DNA from: Octopus bimaculoides
Taxonomy: Eukaryota
Reading direction: 5' to 3'
DNA: 64,000 nt
NCBI RefSeq assembly: GCF_001194135.2
Contig: NC_068983.1
Location: forward strand, 150,382,238 to 150,446,237
Positions 62,682 through 64,000 of the stretch are shown piece after piece. Numbering within the stretch: the first letter of the stretch is position 1; each line of letters begins with the position of its first letter. A program made the translations under genes and the position numbers. The notes under the pieces were generated by a model. It was given only the letters and a program-made list of their open reading frames with translations. It was not told where the DNA came from and made no database searches.

Positions 62682-64000
62682 CTAAAACATTAAAAAAGAA
62701 AAGTAATATATAAAAATGTAGCAACAAAAATATCAGAAGAAAAACCATGTATAACTATAGTTATAGAAGAATAGTAATAATGGTGAATTCACTGGATTGA
62801 GGGGGACCACCATAAATTTTGTCTCTGCATGGTATATCTTAGACAAGTTGGCCTGACAGAATCTATGTCTCCAAACTGTATCAACAGGAGGAGTGAAATA
62901 GTACAACAACCTAATGAAATGTTTGTTAGTTTAACAGTCATGTGGTCCTGTGATTGCTTACATCTATAAAAGAAGTTGTTCCTATTCTGCAGTACTAGAT
63001 GGACAGACTGATTTAAGTTTTAGTATCTCAGATAAGGAAACAATACGGTACCAATACTAGGAGATGGACCTCCAATTTCTTGTATGGTGGTCTTGTATTC
63101 TTTGACCTAACTATTTGATTTTGCAAATTATGAAGTAAAAAGAAAAAGTTATTGCAAGAGCATCAACATAGAACACATAGTGAAATGGTTGTTATTATTA
63201 TAATATTCATCAGTTCAGACATTTGATGTTCTTCAGCACCAGGATATTCCTTCAGTAGCACTGGCACTAGAATATTCCTTCACTAGCATCAGGATAATGA
63301 AACACTGTTCACTTGTGATTTCTACATCAGTTATCTTCAGAGCTAAGTAACCTAAAACTGTTCTTTGATATTTATTGTACAAATTTGTTGTCTCTTCACA
63401 ATACCACTGTTCAACCTTTTCTCACTTTAAGCAGTTGTAATGTTATAAATGCCATTCATTCAACATGTACAACTCTCATAAGACAACAAAGTTGTCTTTA
63501 TGTGATCATATGATCTGTTAGAAATACCAGCTAAATTACAGACAAATCGCACCCCCATTGTCTTAGAAAGGAAGCACACACTGGATATTGTGGCCCTAAA
63601 TATGCAAAAGCTAAAATGATCATTGCTGGAATGTCTAATAACCCTCTGGTAATAATTCTAAAAGAAGAAGAAGAAGCCGCAACATCTGTTTTTCCCCAGT
63701 GGGATAGTTCAATTGTGTTTCCAAACAGTCTTCCACACATTGAAACCGTGATGGTGAAAATAAAGACTTTCAGATAAAGAGTCCAACAACGAAGGGAGTT
63801 AACTTTTCATTACTAACAGACATAAATTATTCCTCTTGCATTGTGTCCTCAAAGAAAATGTCAAGGGTGTTCCGTTTTCAATTCTATAATAAAAAATCTC
63901 TCACTCACATACAAAGAAACCAAAAATAAGAAAAACATTTATTGTATTTATTGTTGAAGAGAATGGTGAGTAACTAGTAAGTCATCATATAAGAGTCGTG

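Noticed and set aside
62682-64000. Upstream MAP2K4 exons (D-domain region)
   Set aside because: No recognisable KRKALKLNF-like exon; the region looks like decayed TE, so the 5' exons probably lie beyond the window.

Overview
AT-rich, intron-rich eukaryotic DNA with short N gaps and dense (TA)n/(CA)n microsatellites. The repeat content resembles an octopus/coleoid cephalopod genome (inferred, not proven). Three spliced genes were reconstructed by hand. (1) A complete 11-exon PSMD12/Rpn5 26S proteasome lid subunit on + (CDS 15095-30109, 454 aa). (2) The 3' ten coding exons of MAP2K4/MKK4 on - (62681 to 48834); its 5' exons were not found. (3) Candidate 5' exons of an unidentified gene on - (8577 to 143), divergent from PSMD12. 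The rest is a mosaic of mobile DNA: about 10 young 3' ends of an RTE-clade LINE, tRNA-derived SINEs, an internally deleted Tx1/L1-type LINE, and hAT, Tigger and DD41D mariner remnants. The most interesting signals are: three decayed minimal type I hammerhead-ribozyme motifs (one in a 333-bp tandem unit, one doubled in a 355-bp intronic palindrome); a modular stem-loop array in the LINE 3' UTR; inverted LINE pairs bracketing in-frame exon blocks (circRNA/ADAR candidates); a 5S rRNA-LINE chimera; a fold-back mariner; and a Thr-to-Ser change in the MKK4 activation loop. No searches or alignments were run; identities are eyeballed.
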